From assembly GCA_049570475.1 (NCBI GenBank), contig CP186953.1, positions 1,440,080 through 1,504,079 on the forward strand: DNA of 64,000 bases, in the 5' to 3' direction. Below the pieces are notes generated by a model. The model was not told the DNA's origin and searched no databases. It worked only from the letters and a program-made list of their open reading frames with translations. Shown piece by piece: positions 46,789 through 56,356 of the stretch; the first letter of the stretch is position 1; the number at the start of each line of letters is the position of its first letter. Both the position numbers and the translations under genes were made by a program. The DNA is from Candidatus Methanosuratincola verstraetei. Lineage in GTDB: Archaea > Thermoproteota > Methanomethylicia > Methanomethylicales > Methanomethylicaceae.

Positions 46789-47790
46789 TCAGGCGGGTCT
46801 CCCGACCAAGATGTTGTCCTTGACCCTGAGCAGCCTCACGTCTATGATCTCCCCAATCCCCCCGTTCGCCTCAACCACAGTGATCAATCTCTTGCCGCTA
46901 GGATCAACCGCTAGCATCTCGCCCTTTAGCCAGCCAGGCCCGACTATCCTTGCCCTTACCCTTTCCCCGCGCCTGTATGGGTTCCTTATGGCCCGCTCTT
47001 TCCTCATCCCAAAGTCGGAGGGCTTGAGGACCAGCTTGACCCCATGCTTGCCCTCCAGCCACCTCAGGCGTTCATAAAAATCGTACCAGCTGATGTACCT
47101 TATCCGCCGATCTTTCCTGCCAAACCTGTGCCTCTCGCACTTCTGAATCCCCAGAGGGGGCCACCTCTTCCCTGCGCCGAGGCTCTTTGCCCAATCGATG
47201 AGGCCGTCCAGCTCGCATGTGTTTATCGGGTTGACCCATACTGGGGCTATCAGCATGTCGATCCCGGTGTTCCTGACCGCATATTCAGCCATTTCCATGA
47301 TCCTGGCAGGGCTGTACGATCCGGTGCCGGAGAGGTCCTTCGCCAGGGCAGGGTCCAACGCGTCCAGGGAAAGGTTGATCCGGGAGAGGCCTGCCGCCCC
47401 GAGATCGTCGAGGATCCGTTCGCTCAGGAGGTAGCCATGGGTCTGCATCGACACCACTTCGACCCCTCTGGTGGAAGACAGCTCGTGGACCAGGTCGGAT
47501 ATCCTTGGGTAGGTTAGGGGATCCCCCACGGTGTCGATATGCGCCTCGACGCCCTTCCCCTTCATGCTGGCCACGGGCCTGAACCACTCCATCAGGTGAT
47601 CTAGATCCACTATGTACTCAGCATTCCTCATCGTTGACTTCGGCCCGGCGTCGGTGGAGCAGAATATGCAGTTCAGGGGGCAAGCCGTTGAAGGCCTCAC
47701 CTGTATCACATTCGTCCCCCTGTCTATCAGTCCGAAAGATATTGCCCCTATCAGCGGCACGTCTTGGGGAACTTTGTATGTCGTAGCCAA
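46789..47790 (-). CDS. Radical SAM protein with C-terminal TRAM-like domain
   Basis: CPLNCIFC (CxxxCxxC) radical SAM cluster motif; C-terminal beta-barrel-like region. Confidence 0.65.
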   Translation of the reverse strand: MATTYKVPQDVPLIGAISFGLIDRGTNVIQVRPSTACPLNCIFCSTDAGPKSTMRNAEYIVDLDHLMEWFRPVASMKGKGVEAHIDTVGDPLTYPRISDLVHELSSTRGVEVVSMQTHGYLLSERILDDLGAAGLSRINLSLDALDPALAKDLSGTGSYSPARIMEMAEYAVRNTGIDMLIAPVWVNPINTCELDGLIDWAKSLGAGKRWPPLGIQKCERHRFGRKDRRIRYISWYDFYERLRWLEGKHGVKLVLKPSDFGMRKERAIRNPYRRGERVRARIVGPGWLKGEMLAVDPSGKRLITVVEANGGIGEIIDVRLLRVKDNILVGRPA

Positions 47791-47903
47791 TTCTGCCCCA
47801 CCCCATTACAGCCACAATCGCCTCCTATAAAAGGGATTTTGGAACCGGTTCGGAAGGAGATCGGGAGTACAATTTATTAGGGGTCTGATCTGCTCTTATC
47901 CTC

Positions 47904-49343
47904 ATGTCCGACAGGGTGTTTTCGATGAGCGGGCTGGAAGTGATGTTCTCCCCAAGGAGCATTGCAGTTGTAGGGGCATCCAAGAACCCCAAGAAGATAG
48001 GATACGAGCTCGTCAGCAACATCCTCACTGGGGGCTACGAGGGGAAGCTCTACCCCGTCAACCCTGAGGGCGCGGATGTGATGGGGCTGAAGTCATACAC
48101 TTCCGTCAGGCAGATCCCTGGGGAGGTCGACCTGGCGGTGATAGCAGTCCCAGCCGCGTATGTGCCGGACGTACTGATGGAATGCGGTGAGAAGGGGATC
48201 AAGGCTGCCCTGATCATCAGCTCCGGATTCAGGGAGGTCGGGAACCTGGATCTCGAGGAGAGGCTGGTCCAGACCGCCAGGAAATACGGCATGCGGATAT
48301 TGGGCCCTAACATCTTCGGCCTCTACTATGCGCCGTCAAAGATGAACGCGACCTTCGGTCTTTCCAGGGTCTTCCCGGGCAGGATAGCTTTCGTGACGCA
48401 GAGCGGCGCCCTGGGCATCGCGATGATGGGGTGGACGAACCTTTACAGGATCGGCGTCTCTGCTGTAGTCAGCATGGGCAACAAGGCAGACATCGAGGAG
48501 GCAGACGTCCTGGACTTCTTCTCGGAGGACAGGAACACCGGGGCCGTCCTGATGTACATCGAGGGCGCCAAGGACGGGAGGCGGCTTCTCGACTCTATGC
48601 GCAGGTCGAGCCTGAAAAAGCCGGTGATAGTGCTCAAGTCTGGAAGGACTGGCGCTGGCGCCTCTGCAGCCTCTTCGCACACAGGATCCCTGGCCGGGTC
48701 TGACGCGGTCTACGACGCAGCGTTCAGGCAGTGCGGGGCCCTCAGGGCGTCCGATCTAGCCCAGGCTTTCGACTGGGCGAAGCTGATGACCCTTCAGCCT
48801 CCCCCGCTGAACGACAACTGCCTCATCATAACAAACGGCGGCGGGGTTGGCGTCATGGCTGCAGACGCCTGCGAAGAGTCTGGAGTGCCTATCCGGCAGC
48901 TGCCAGAGGATCTCCAGCTTGAATTCAAGCGCCTCATGCCCGTCTTCGGGAACTCGAAGAACCCGGTGGACCTGACAGGGCAGGCGTACGAGGAGAGCTA
49001 TGCCAAGTCGGTCGAGCTTGCCCTGAAGGACCCGAGGATAGGGTCTGTCATAGTGCTCTACTGCCAGACCGCGATAACTGATCCCGTATCCATCGCCAAG
49101 GCAATCGCGGACGGCTGCGAGGCGCACGGCTGCGAGAAGACTGTAGTGACGAGCTTCATCGGAGGCACCCAGTGCAACGAGGCGATGCAGAAGCTTGACG
49201 AGCGGGGCATGCCTTCGTATCCGATACCTGAGAGGGCCGTTTCTGCACTAGCAGCCTACTACAGGTGGCAGAGGTACAGGTTGAAAAAAGGGCAGCCTAG
49301 TCCCACCACTTCTTCTCAAGCGGCATCGCAAGTATCTCCTTGA
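47904..49343 (+). CDS. Acetyl-CoA synthetase (ADP-forming) alpha subunit / CoA-binding succinyl-CoA-synthetase-like
   Basis: CoA-binding N-terminus SIAVVGASKNPKKIGY, ligase-CoA domain, phosphohistidine-loop-like SSHTGSLAGS. Confidence 0.7.
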   Translation: MSDRVFSMSGLEVMFSPRSIAVVGASKNPKKIGYELVSNILTGGYEGKLYPVNPEGADVMGLKSYTSVRQIPGEVDLAVIAVPAAYVPDVLMECGEKGIKAALIISSGFREVGNLDLEERLVQTARKYGMRILGPNIFGLYYAPSKMNATFGLSRVFPGRIAFVTQSGALGIAMMGWTNLYRIGVSAVVSMGNKADIEEADVLDFFSEDRNTGAVLMYIEGAKDGRRLLDSMRRSSLKKPVIVLKSGRTGAGASAASSHTGSLAGSDAVYDAAFRQCGALRASDLAQAFDWAKLMTLQPPPLNDNCLIITNGGGVGVMAADACEESGVPIRQLPEDLQLEFKRLMPVFGNSKNPVDLTGQAYEESYAKSVELALKDPRIGSVIVLYCQTAITDPVSIAKAIADGCEAHGCEKTVVTSFIGGTQCNEAMQKLDERGMPSYPIPERAVSALAAYYRWQRYRLKKGQPSPTTSSQAASQVSP

Positions 49344-49923
49344 TCTCGAGCCGCTTGGTCTTGTCCCTGGAGAAGACGGTTCCGGGGAAGGTTGACCTCA
49401 ACACGATGGCTGTGTCTGCACCATCGCCGCTGCCACCGACGCCTATCACGTCCTTGTATGGCTCCAGGACCCCGCACTCGACCGCGCAGAGGACGACCTC
49501 GACTGCGACCTTCATCCCCTGGCCAAAGGCGTATAGGGTGTCCCTGAAGGTCTTTTCAGGCGTCGGGATCTCTGCCTCGGATCCCTCGTACAGGGAACCG
49601 TGGAGCATATAAGGCGCAGAATCGAGCACGATGGCCCCGAGGTTCTCCAGCTCCTCCTTGGCACTCGGGTCCATGCACGGCCACTCGAAGCCCATCTCCC
49701 TCCTGTACGGCCCGTCGGAGACGCAGACTATCCTGGCCTCGTCCCTGAGCGCCCTCGCGAAATCCAGCGCGGTCTTCCCTGTCGAGCTCGCGACCACAAG
49801 GTCCCTTATGCCGCTCCTCTCGATGTGCTTTGTGACCGCCTCCACCACCAGGTCAGTGTTCTGCGGCCCAGGCCTCTCGAAATAATAAACCTCGCGCATC
49901 TTGAAAGTCATAACCGTCCCCAC
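49297..49923 (-). CDS. Conserved hypothetical protein (pyruvate-kinase C-terminal-like alpha/beta domain family)
   Basis: 208 aa; resembles the archaeal COG1751-type protein; weak. Confidence 0.25.
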   Translation of the reverse strand: MGTVMTFKMREVYYFERPGPQNTDLVVEAVTKHIERSGIRDLVVASSTGKTALDFARALRDEARIVCVSDGPYRREMGFEWPCMDPSAKEELENLGAIVLDSAPYMLHGSLYEGSEAEIPTPEKTFRDTLYAFGQGMKVAVEVVLCAVECGVLEPYKDVIGVGGSGDGADTAIVLRSTFPGTVFSRDKTKRLEIKEILAMPLEKKWWD

Positions 49924-49981
49924 TACAATTTGCTGTGCTGCCTTTTAAAAAGGATCTTGCTCTAAAAGGTTATATAACACC

Positions 49982-50437
49982 TTGAAACACCTTAAGGCAG
50001 TGCTTGATATGGCCCTCGACGAACTCGACATGAAGATAATCAATGCGCTGCAGAAGGATGCGAGCCTTTCGTACTCGGAACTTGCGCGGCAGCTAGGCCA
50101 GAACGAGTCCACTATAAGGAAACGGGTGCTGACGCTGAGGGAACGCGGCGTGATCAAGAAGTTCACCATAATCGTCGACAACCTCAAGATCGGGTACAAC
50201 ACCATTGCAGTCGTGGGCTTCGATGTCGATCCGGGCATGCTCCTTGAGGTCGCCCAGAAGCTGTCGGAGCTCGAGGAGGTCCGGTACGTAGCCACCTCGA
50301 CCGGCGACCACATGATCATGGCAGAGATATGGGGCAGGGACGGGCGCGAGCTGTCGCAGACGCTCTCAAAGATAGGCTCGATCCAGGGAATCAAGAGGAT
50401 CTGCCCTTCGATCCTGCTGGAAAAGGTAAAAGAATAG
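49982..50437 (+). CDS. lrp: Lrp/AsnC family transcriptional regulator
   Basis: HTH KIINALQKDASLSYSELARQLG plus a C-terminal RAM domain. Confidence 0.8.
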   Translation: MKHLKAVLDMALDELDMKIINALQKDASLSYSELARQLGQNESTIRKRVLTLRERGVIKKFTIIVDNLKIGYNTIAVVGFDVDPGMLLEVAQKLSELEEVRYVATSTGDHMIMAEIWGRDGRELSQTLSKIGSIQGIKRICPSILLEKVKE

Positions 50438-50469
50438 CCCTTTTTCCGTCTTTGGTCTTCCGCCTCACT

Positions 50470-52815
50470 TCACTCCTTGTGCCTCTTGAGCAGAAGCGAG
50501 TTCGACACCACCGAGACTGAGCTGAGGGACATCGCAAGCGCTGCTATCTCAGGCCTGAGCGTCAGGTATGGGTAAAGTATGCCAGCCGCAATCGGTATGC
50601 CTGCAGAGTTGTAGGCGAGGGCCCAGAACATGTTCTGCCTGATCTTGCTCATGGTCTTCCTCCCGAGCCGGATCGAAGAGACGACGCCCAGCAGGTCATC
50701 CCTCGTCAGGATTATCCCGCCCGCCTCCTTCGCTATCTCGGTCCCGCTGCCGATCGCTATGCCAACGTCAGCTTGGGTCAGCGCCGGTGCATCGTTTATG
50801 CCGTCGCCCACGAATGCGACCACCCTCCCCTCGGACTGGAGCATGGAGATCCTCTGCGCCTTCTCCCCTGGGGAGACCTCCGCGAAGTACTTCTCAATAC
50901 CGATCTCCCTGCAGATCGCCTTCGCGACCCTCTCGTTGTCGCCGGTGATCATGTAGACCTCGAGCCCCTCTTTCTTGAGCCCCTCCACGGCCTCCTTGGC
51001 ATCAGGCTTGGGCCTGTCGATCATTGCTATCATCCCGACGACCTTGCCCCCCAACGCCAGTATTGAGACCGTCTTGCCCTCAGACTCGATCCTTGCGGCT
51101 ACTCCTTCAGCCCCATCCATTGCGATCCCGAGCCTGCCCATGATTTTCCTGTTCCCGATCGCAGCCTCCTTGCCGTCAACCTTGCCCCTAATCCCCTCCC
51201 CGGGGAAAGCCTCGAACTCCTCGAGCCTGTAGCGCGGGAGCCCTGCTGCCCTCTCCATCACCGCGGCTGCGAGCGGGTGCTCCGATCCCCCTTCGAGCGT
51301 GGCGGCTACCCTCAGGATCTCCTCCTCCCCAACCCCTGCGAGGTCAACGACCTCCACGACCGATGGCTTCCCGGCAGTCAGGGTCCCTGTCTTGTCGAAG
51401 ACGACCGTGTCGAGCTTCCTGACCGCCTCGAGTACCTCCCCGCCCTTTATCAGGATGCCCATCTCCGCCCCTTTCCCGATCCCCACCATTATTGCCGCCG
51501 GGGTGGCCAGGCCCAGGGCGCACGGGCATGCTATCACAAGGACTGAGACAGCCATGAGCATGGAGAACCCGATCCCCTTCCCCAAGAGCATCCAGGCTAT
51601 GAATGTGATCAGCGCGATCGATACCACGGCAGGCACGAAGCGCGAGGCGACGTAGTCTGCGAACCTCTGGATCGGCGCCTTCCTGGCCTGGGCCTCCTCC
51701 ACGAAGCTGATGATCTGCGCCAGGAACGAGTCCCTCCCGACCCTCTCGACCCTCACCCTTATCAAGCCCGTCTTGTTGATCGTCCCCCCGATCACGGAGC
51801 CGCCCTCCGCCTTGTCGACCGGCACGCTCTCGCCAGTCACCATCGACTCGTCCACAGCGGCGCTCCCAGAGATTATTGTGCCGTCCGCAGGGATCGCCTC
51901 GCCCGGCCTTACAACCACCTCGTCCCCAGGCGCGAGCTCATCCACCGGGACTTTCCTCTCCTCGCCGCCCTTGACCACCGAGGCGTACTTCGGCTGGAGC
52001 TCCATAAGCTTCCTTATCGACATGGATGCCCTCGACTTTGCGGCATCCTCGAGGTACCTGCCGAGCAGCACGAAAGTTATCAGCATCGCAGCCGCGTCGT
52101 AGTAGAGGTCCCCCGCTGCGAAGAATGTGTTGTATACGCTGTAGAGATAGGCCGCAGTGGCGCCCAGCGCCACGAGCACATTCATGTCGGGCACCCCCCT
52201 CCTGAGCGACTTGTAAGACCCTATGTAGAACGGGCTGCCGCCGACGACCAGGACTGCAGTCCCCAGCAGGAACAGTATGATTGAGCGGTAAGGCAGGTCC
52301 ATCAAGAACATGCTGATGACAAAGATGGGGATGGTCGCGACAAGGCTGAAGAGGAACCTGGGCCTGAACCTGCTTCCCTTGGTGGCGGTGCCTCCCTCCC
52401 TTATCATGGGGGTGTAGCCGAGTCCCTTGATCGCGTCCCTGAGCTCTGATGCAGAAGCCACCGACGGGAGGTATTCCACGATGACCAACTTCGTCGCAAG
52501 GTTCGCGTTGACAGCCACAACGCCGTCCTTCTCCAGCAGCCCCTCCTCCAGCGCCCTTATGCACGATGCGCACCTCATGTCCTCGACATAGAATGCGATC
52601 CTCTCGGCAACAGGCTTGTAGCCCGCCTCCTCGATCGCCCCCTTGATTGATCTGGCATTCGCCAGCGAGGGGTCATACTCGACTATTGCAGTCCCAGATC
52701 CGAAGCTGACCTCCGCCTTGTGCACCCCTTTCAGCGCAGCCAGCGACTTTTCGATGTTCAGCGCGCACGTTGCGCAGTGCATCCCTTCGATCCTGATCGA
52801 CGCTTTCTTCCGCAT
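50470..52815 (-). CDS. copA: Copper-translocating P1B-type ATPase with two N-terminal HMA domains
   Basis: GMHCATC and MRCASC metal-binding motifs, CPC in TM6, DKTGTLT, GDGINDAPAL. Confidence 0.9.
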   Translation of the reverse strand: MRKKASIRIEGMHCATCALNIEKSLAALKGVHKAEVSFGSGTAIVEYDPSLANARSIKGAIEEAGYKPVAERIAFYVEDMRCASCIRALEEGLLEKDGVVAVNANLATKLVIVEYLPSVASASELRDAIKGLGYTPMIREGGTATKGSRFRPRFLFSLVATIPIFVISMFLMDLPYRSIILFLLGTAVLVVGGSPFYIGSYKSLRRGVPDMNVLVALGATAAYLYSVYNTFFAAGDLYYDAAAMLITFVLLGRYLEDAAKSRASMSIRKLMELQPKYASVVKGGEERKVPVDELAPGDEVVVRPGEAIPADGTIISGSAAVDESMVTGESVPVDKAEGGSVIGGTINKTGLIRVRVERVGRDSFLAQIISFVEEAQARKAPIQRFADYVASRFVPAVVSIALITFIAWMLLGKGIGFSMLMAVSVLVIACPCALGLATPAAIMVGIGKGAEMGILIKGGEVLEAVRKLDTVVFDKTGTLTAGKPSVVEVVDLAGVGEEEILRVAATLEGGSEHPLAAAVMERAAGLPRYRLEEFEAFPGEGIRGKVDGKEAAIGNRKIMGRLGIAMDGAEGVAARIESEGKTVSILALGGKVVGMIAMIDRPKPDAKEAVEGLKKEGLEVYMITGDNERVAKAICREIGIEKYFAEVSPGEKAQRISMLQSEGRVVAFVGDGINDAPALTQADVGIAIGSGTEIAKEAGGIILTRDDLLGVVSSIRLGRKTMSKIRQNMFWALAYNSAGIPIAAGILYPYLTLRPEIAALAMSLSSVSVVSNSLLLKRHKE

Positions 52816-52898
52816 GAGTGATCAATCGCAGTGTTTTTCTATTAAGCCTTGCATACCCCTTCCATTGGAGCCCGACGCTTAATTCCGACTGGAGATGA

Positions 52899-53714
52899 AT
52901 GAAGAGCATGCCCCTCCCCCACTGGATGGTAAGGCTGATCATCCGCCTCTTCCCGAAGAGGTTTTCCATAGCGAGGCTGAGCAAGATCCCGGTCTTCGGG
53001 AGCCTGATAGACCTTGCGTTCTTCGACAAGGACCGGATAATGTTCATACCGAGGGTCGTCGATCTCGACGCCAACTTCGCGGAGCCGGAGAGCATCCCCC
53101 TCCCCTACGCTGTAGCCGAGCACTTTGTGAAGATCGCGGATCACCACTGGGTAATGAACTTCTGCATCTGCAGGGTCTCCAACGGGTGCAGGGACTACCC
53201 CCGGGAGCTCGGGTGCCTCTTCCTTGGGGAGGCTTCACAGAGGATCGACCCGAGCCTGGGGCGCAGGGTGACGAGGGAGGAGGCTCTGGAACACCTGAGG
53301 AGGTGCAGGGAAGCCGGGCTCGTCCACCTGGTGGGGAGGAACAAGCTCGACTCGCTGTGGCTCGGGGTGAAGCCCGCGGATCGGCTCCTCACGATCTGCA
53401 ACTGCTGCCCCTGCTGCTGCTTGTGGAAGATGATCCCTGACCTCTCGGTTAAGATAAGGAGGAAAGTGGCGCGGATGCCCGGGGTGGAAGTGAAGGTCGA
53501 CCGGGAGAAGTGCAGGGGCTGCGGGGCCTGCACAGGGGTGTGCTTCGTCAATGCAATATCCCTCGAGGGCGGCAAGGCGCTCATCAGCAGCGAGTGCAGG
53601 GGCTGCGGGAGGTGCGCAGAGTCGTGCCCCAACGGCGCTATATCAGTGACGATCGCCGACAGCGACTACTTGAGGGAAGCGATATCGCAGATCTCTTCTG
53701 CCGTCGAACTCTGA
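52899..53714 (+). CDS. Cys-rich iron-sulfur protein with CNCCPCCC motif and C-terminal 2x[4Fe-4S] ferredoxin domain
   Basis: CRGCGACTGVC and CRGCGRCAESCP ferredoxin motifs, plus the unusual CNCCPCCC cluster. Confidence 0.5.
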   Translation: MKSMPLPHWMVRLIIRLFPKRFSIARLSKIPVFGSLIDLAFFDKDRIMFIPRVVDLDANFAEPESIPLPYAVAEHFVKIADHHWVMNFCICRVSNGCRDYPRELGCLFLGEASQRIDPSLGRRVTREEALEHLRRCREAGLVHLVGRNKLDSLWLGVKPADRLLTICNCCPCCCLWKMIPDLSVKIRRKVARMPGVEVKVDREKCRGCGACTGVCFVNAISLEGGKALISSECRGCGRCAESCPNGAISVTIADSDYLREAISQISSAVEL

Positions 53715-53716
53715 CC

Positions 53717-53863
53717 CTATTTCTTGAGGTACTTCTCCGGGTCTCTGTCGAACATCTTCTTGCAGCCCGGCGCGCAGAAGTAATACGCCTTCCCCTTGTA
53801 CTCGCTCCTGAACTTCGCAGACTTCTCGTCCACTTCCATTCCGCAGACTGGATCTATCGCCAT
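53717..53863 (-). CDS. TRASH/YHS-domain small metal-binding protein (putative copper chaperone); not in the supplied ORF track (under 60 aa)
   Basis: Hand translation of the minus strand gives MAIDPVCGMEVDEKSAKFRSEYKGKAYYFCAPGCKKMFDRDPEKYLKK, with the TRASH signature C-G-M...YYFC..GC; it lies next to copA. Confidence 0.6.
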   Translation of the reverse strand: MAIDPVCGMEVDEKSAKFRSEYKGKAYYFCAPGCKKMFDRDPEKYLKK

Positions 53864-54066
53864 AAGGATCAGTGAATGATATCCCGGCGCGCCTAGAAAA
53901 GCCTATCCCGCAATTTTCGGTCGGGTTAAGCCAAAGGCGGCGCCCCTGGGGTTACAGGTGATCGTGAGATTCGACAGAGCGCGACCGTAACCCCGAGGAG
54001 TCCTATGGCGATAAAATCTCACCCATGCCCTTTTAATAAACTATTTGTTTCATATGGAACAATCAG

Positions 54067-54927
54067 CTATTTCCTGTAGAGCTCCCTCCTCCTGGCTTCG
54101 AGCAGGTCGTTGGGCTGCCCCATGTACTCTGCAGCTGTGATGACCTTGCCGCCGTCCGCCCCCTCGGTGATTGCCTGGATGTACTCCCTGAACTTGAGGT
54201 CCCTGAGGAAGTGGTGGTCCACTACGGCCTCCTTGACGCCGCTGGTGATTATCTGCCTCAGGTTCCTTATGGCTGAGTCCAGCTGATCCCTCGAAGTCCT
54301 GTAGCCCAGCATGTACGTCATCGGCCCGTCGATTATCGCCAGGTCGGGCTTCTCCTTCAGTAGGAATGATGCCTGATCCTCATGGATCGGCCCCTCCACG
54401 TCCGACGTGTGGATCACCTTCATCCCTTCGGACTCGACCATTGTCTGGATCACATACCCGAGCGCGCTGTTCGATCCATGGAAGACCGCCCCGGAGAAGG
54501 AGACCTTGGTCCTGCCGAAGGCGAAGGATTTGCCGTCCGCAATCTCGACCCTGCTTGCCCTCCCCTTCACCATCCCGAGGAAGAGCGGGGCCCTGAAGTC
54601 CCTCTGGCTCCTGTTGATGTCGTTGTTCGGATCCTTGACCAGCACCGTCTTGCCCCCGTATATCTCGAGCGGGATCACATCCCCCGGGTCGTGGTGATCG
54701 TAGTGGTAATGCGAGATGACCAGGACGTCCGCTTCCATCCCCCTCTCGGCGATCCTCTCCGCTGCCTCCCCCATCCTCTCGATTTCGGTCGGGTGGGGTG
54801 GAAGCCCAAACCTGTTGGGCGCCAGCGCGACCCCCGGGTCTATCATCACCTTGACGTCCGGGGTCTCCACGAAAGTGCACATTGACCTGACCCCCATGCT
54901 GTCGAAAGCCAGCAGCTCTACCTTCAT
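54067..54927 (-). CDS. Metallo-beta-lactamase fold hydrolase
   Basis: HYHYDHH (HxHxDH) motif, 286 aa. Confidence 0.7.
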   Translation of the reverse strand: MKVELLAFDSMGVRSMCTFVETPDVKVMIDPGVALAPNRFGLPPHPTEIERMGEAAERIAERGMEADVLVISHYHYDHHDPGDVIPLEIYGGKTVLVKDPNNDINRSQRDFRAPLFLGMVKGRASRVEIADGKSFAFGRTKVSFSGAVFHGSNSALGYVIQTMVESEGMKVIHTSDVEGPIHEDQASFLLKEKPDLAIIDGPMTYMLGYRTSRDQLDSAIRNLRQIITSGVKEAVVDHHFLRDLKFREYIQAITEGADGGKVITAAEYMGQPNDLLEARRRELYRK

Positions 54928-55030
54928 ATCTCCGTCTCCCCTCCTGATCTCCTAAAGGCAGGAAATAAATTGAACTGTCGCCGCCAAACTCCGCACAGCG
55001 CTTTTTAATGGGCTCAGATCTACCTGATCT

Positions 55031-56356
55031 GTGCATCAAATGTACGGCTGGATAGGCGAGATCTTGCCTGCAGAGGCAGCGGGCAGTGTATCCACTCGGG
55101 CATTGGAAGTGAGGTCCAGGCACGCCCCGCTCTGCATACTCTGCAGGGGCGGGAGGCGCCTCTGCGGGAAGGCGGTCTGCCCCATCGAGCTCAAGGCAAG
55201 GGCACTGATAAGCAATTCGGGGGCGGTAATGAGGACCGAGCTTTCGGGATCGTCCCCGCCTTCGGTCTTCGTGGGTCGCTACGGGTACCCGAAGGTCTCA
55301 ATAGGGCCCATGGTCCCGCCTGTTTACGGGGACACTTCTGTGATGGACGTCCCCGAGTCCTGGCTATTTGAGAGCATACCTTCCATCGTCAACTACAGGT
55401 ACTCGCTTGTGAGGGGGACCGCAAGGGTTGAGGTGGACGCCGCAAGGAGGGGAGGGCGCCTCGTGGACTCGCTCCAGGAGCTTTCGATGGGCGCAGCCCC
55501 GGCAGACGCAGAGGTCACTTTCGCCAAACCCCCTGCAGGAAGGATCTCGATAGACGACAACTCCCAGCCGTTCGGGCCGTCCGCGCCCCTGAAGCGATTC
55601 TCGATCTCCGCCGTCAAGGTCGACCACAGGATCGAGAAGGCATTCTACGACGGGGATTGCTTGGCTTCAGAAGCCCTCTACGATCTCTACAATTCGGGCG
55701 TGGAGGTCTCCAAGCTCCAGCGTGCCTTCAGCATGGGCGTCTTCGGCGTCCAGAAGAACAGGCGCCTCGTGCCCACCCGGTGGAGCATAACCGCGGTCGA
55801 CAGCATCCTCTCGCAGAGGCTTATCGAAGAGGTGAAGAGTTATGAGACGATCGACAAGTACCAGGTCTACTTCTGGAAGCACCAGCACAACACATTCGCC
55901 GCCATCCTGCTGCCCAGGGCCTGGTCTTTCGAGTGGATGGAGGCGTGGTTCCCGGGGACCTTCTGGAACCAGGAAGGGACCTCTGCGGCAGTAGAGGGCG
56001 ACTATGAGGGGTACGGCGGCAGGAAGACATACCCAGGGATAGGCGGGTGCTACTTCTCGTGCAGGCTGGGGGTGGCGGAGCACCTGAAGTCGATCCGTAG
56101 GCAGGCCGCCGCGCTCGTGGTGAGGGAGATCATGCCCGAGTTCCCGCTCCCGTTGGGCGTTTGGTTCGTGAGGGAGAACGTCCGCGCAATGTTCAGGAAG
56201 CCGCACAATGAGTTCGACGACCTCCCCTCTGCGCTGCGCCACCTGGGCGGGCTGCTCCGGGTGCCTCTTGGGAAGTGGATCTCGAAGAGCACCATCTTGA
56301 GGGATTCGTTTTTACAGCGGAGGATGGACGAGTACTTCAAGGCAGGAGGTCTGTGA
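55031..56356 (+). CDS. NreA-like (COG1602) putative archaeal DNA-repair protein with N-terminal zinc finger
   Basis: N-terminal CILCRGGRRLCGKAVCP cysteine cluster and length typical of the Nre family. Confidence 0.4.
   Translation: MHQMYGWIGEILPAEAAGSVSTRALEVRSRHAPLCILCRGGRRLCGKAVCPIELKARALISNSGAVMRTELSGSSPPSVFVGRYGYPKVSIGPMVPPVYGDTSVMDVPESWLFESIPSIVNYRYSLVRGTARVEVDAARRGGRLVDSLQELSMGAAPADAEVTFAKPPAGRISIDDNSQPFGPSAPLKRFSISAVKVDHRIEKAFYDGDCLASEALYDLYNSGVEVSKLQRAFSMGVFGVQKNRRLVPTRWSITAVDSILSQRLIEEVKSYETIDKYQVYFWKHQHNTFAAILLPRAWSFEWMEAWFPGTFWNQEGTSAAVEGDYEGYGGRKTYPGIGGCYFSCRLGVAEHLKSIRRQAAALVVREIMPEFPLPLGVWFVRENVRAMFRKPHNEFDDLPSALRHLGGLLRVPLGKWISKSTILRDSFLQRRMDEYFKAGGL

Noticed and set aside
54380-55123. 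247-aa minus-strand and 167-aa plus-strand ORFs overlapping the MBL hydrolase gene
   Set aside because: Arg/Gly/Asp-rich low-complexity translations; the MBL frame carries the HxHxDH motif.
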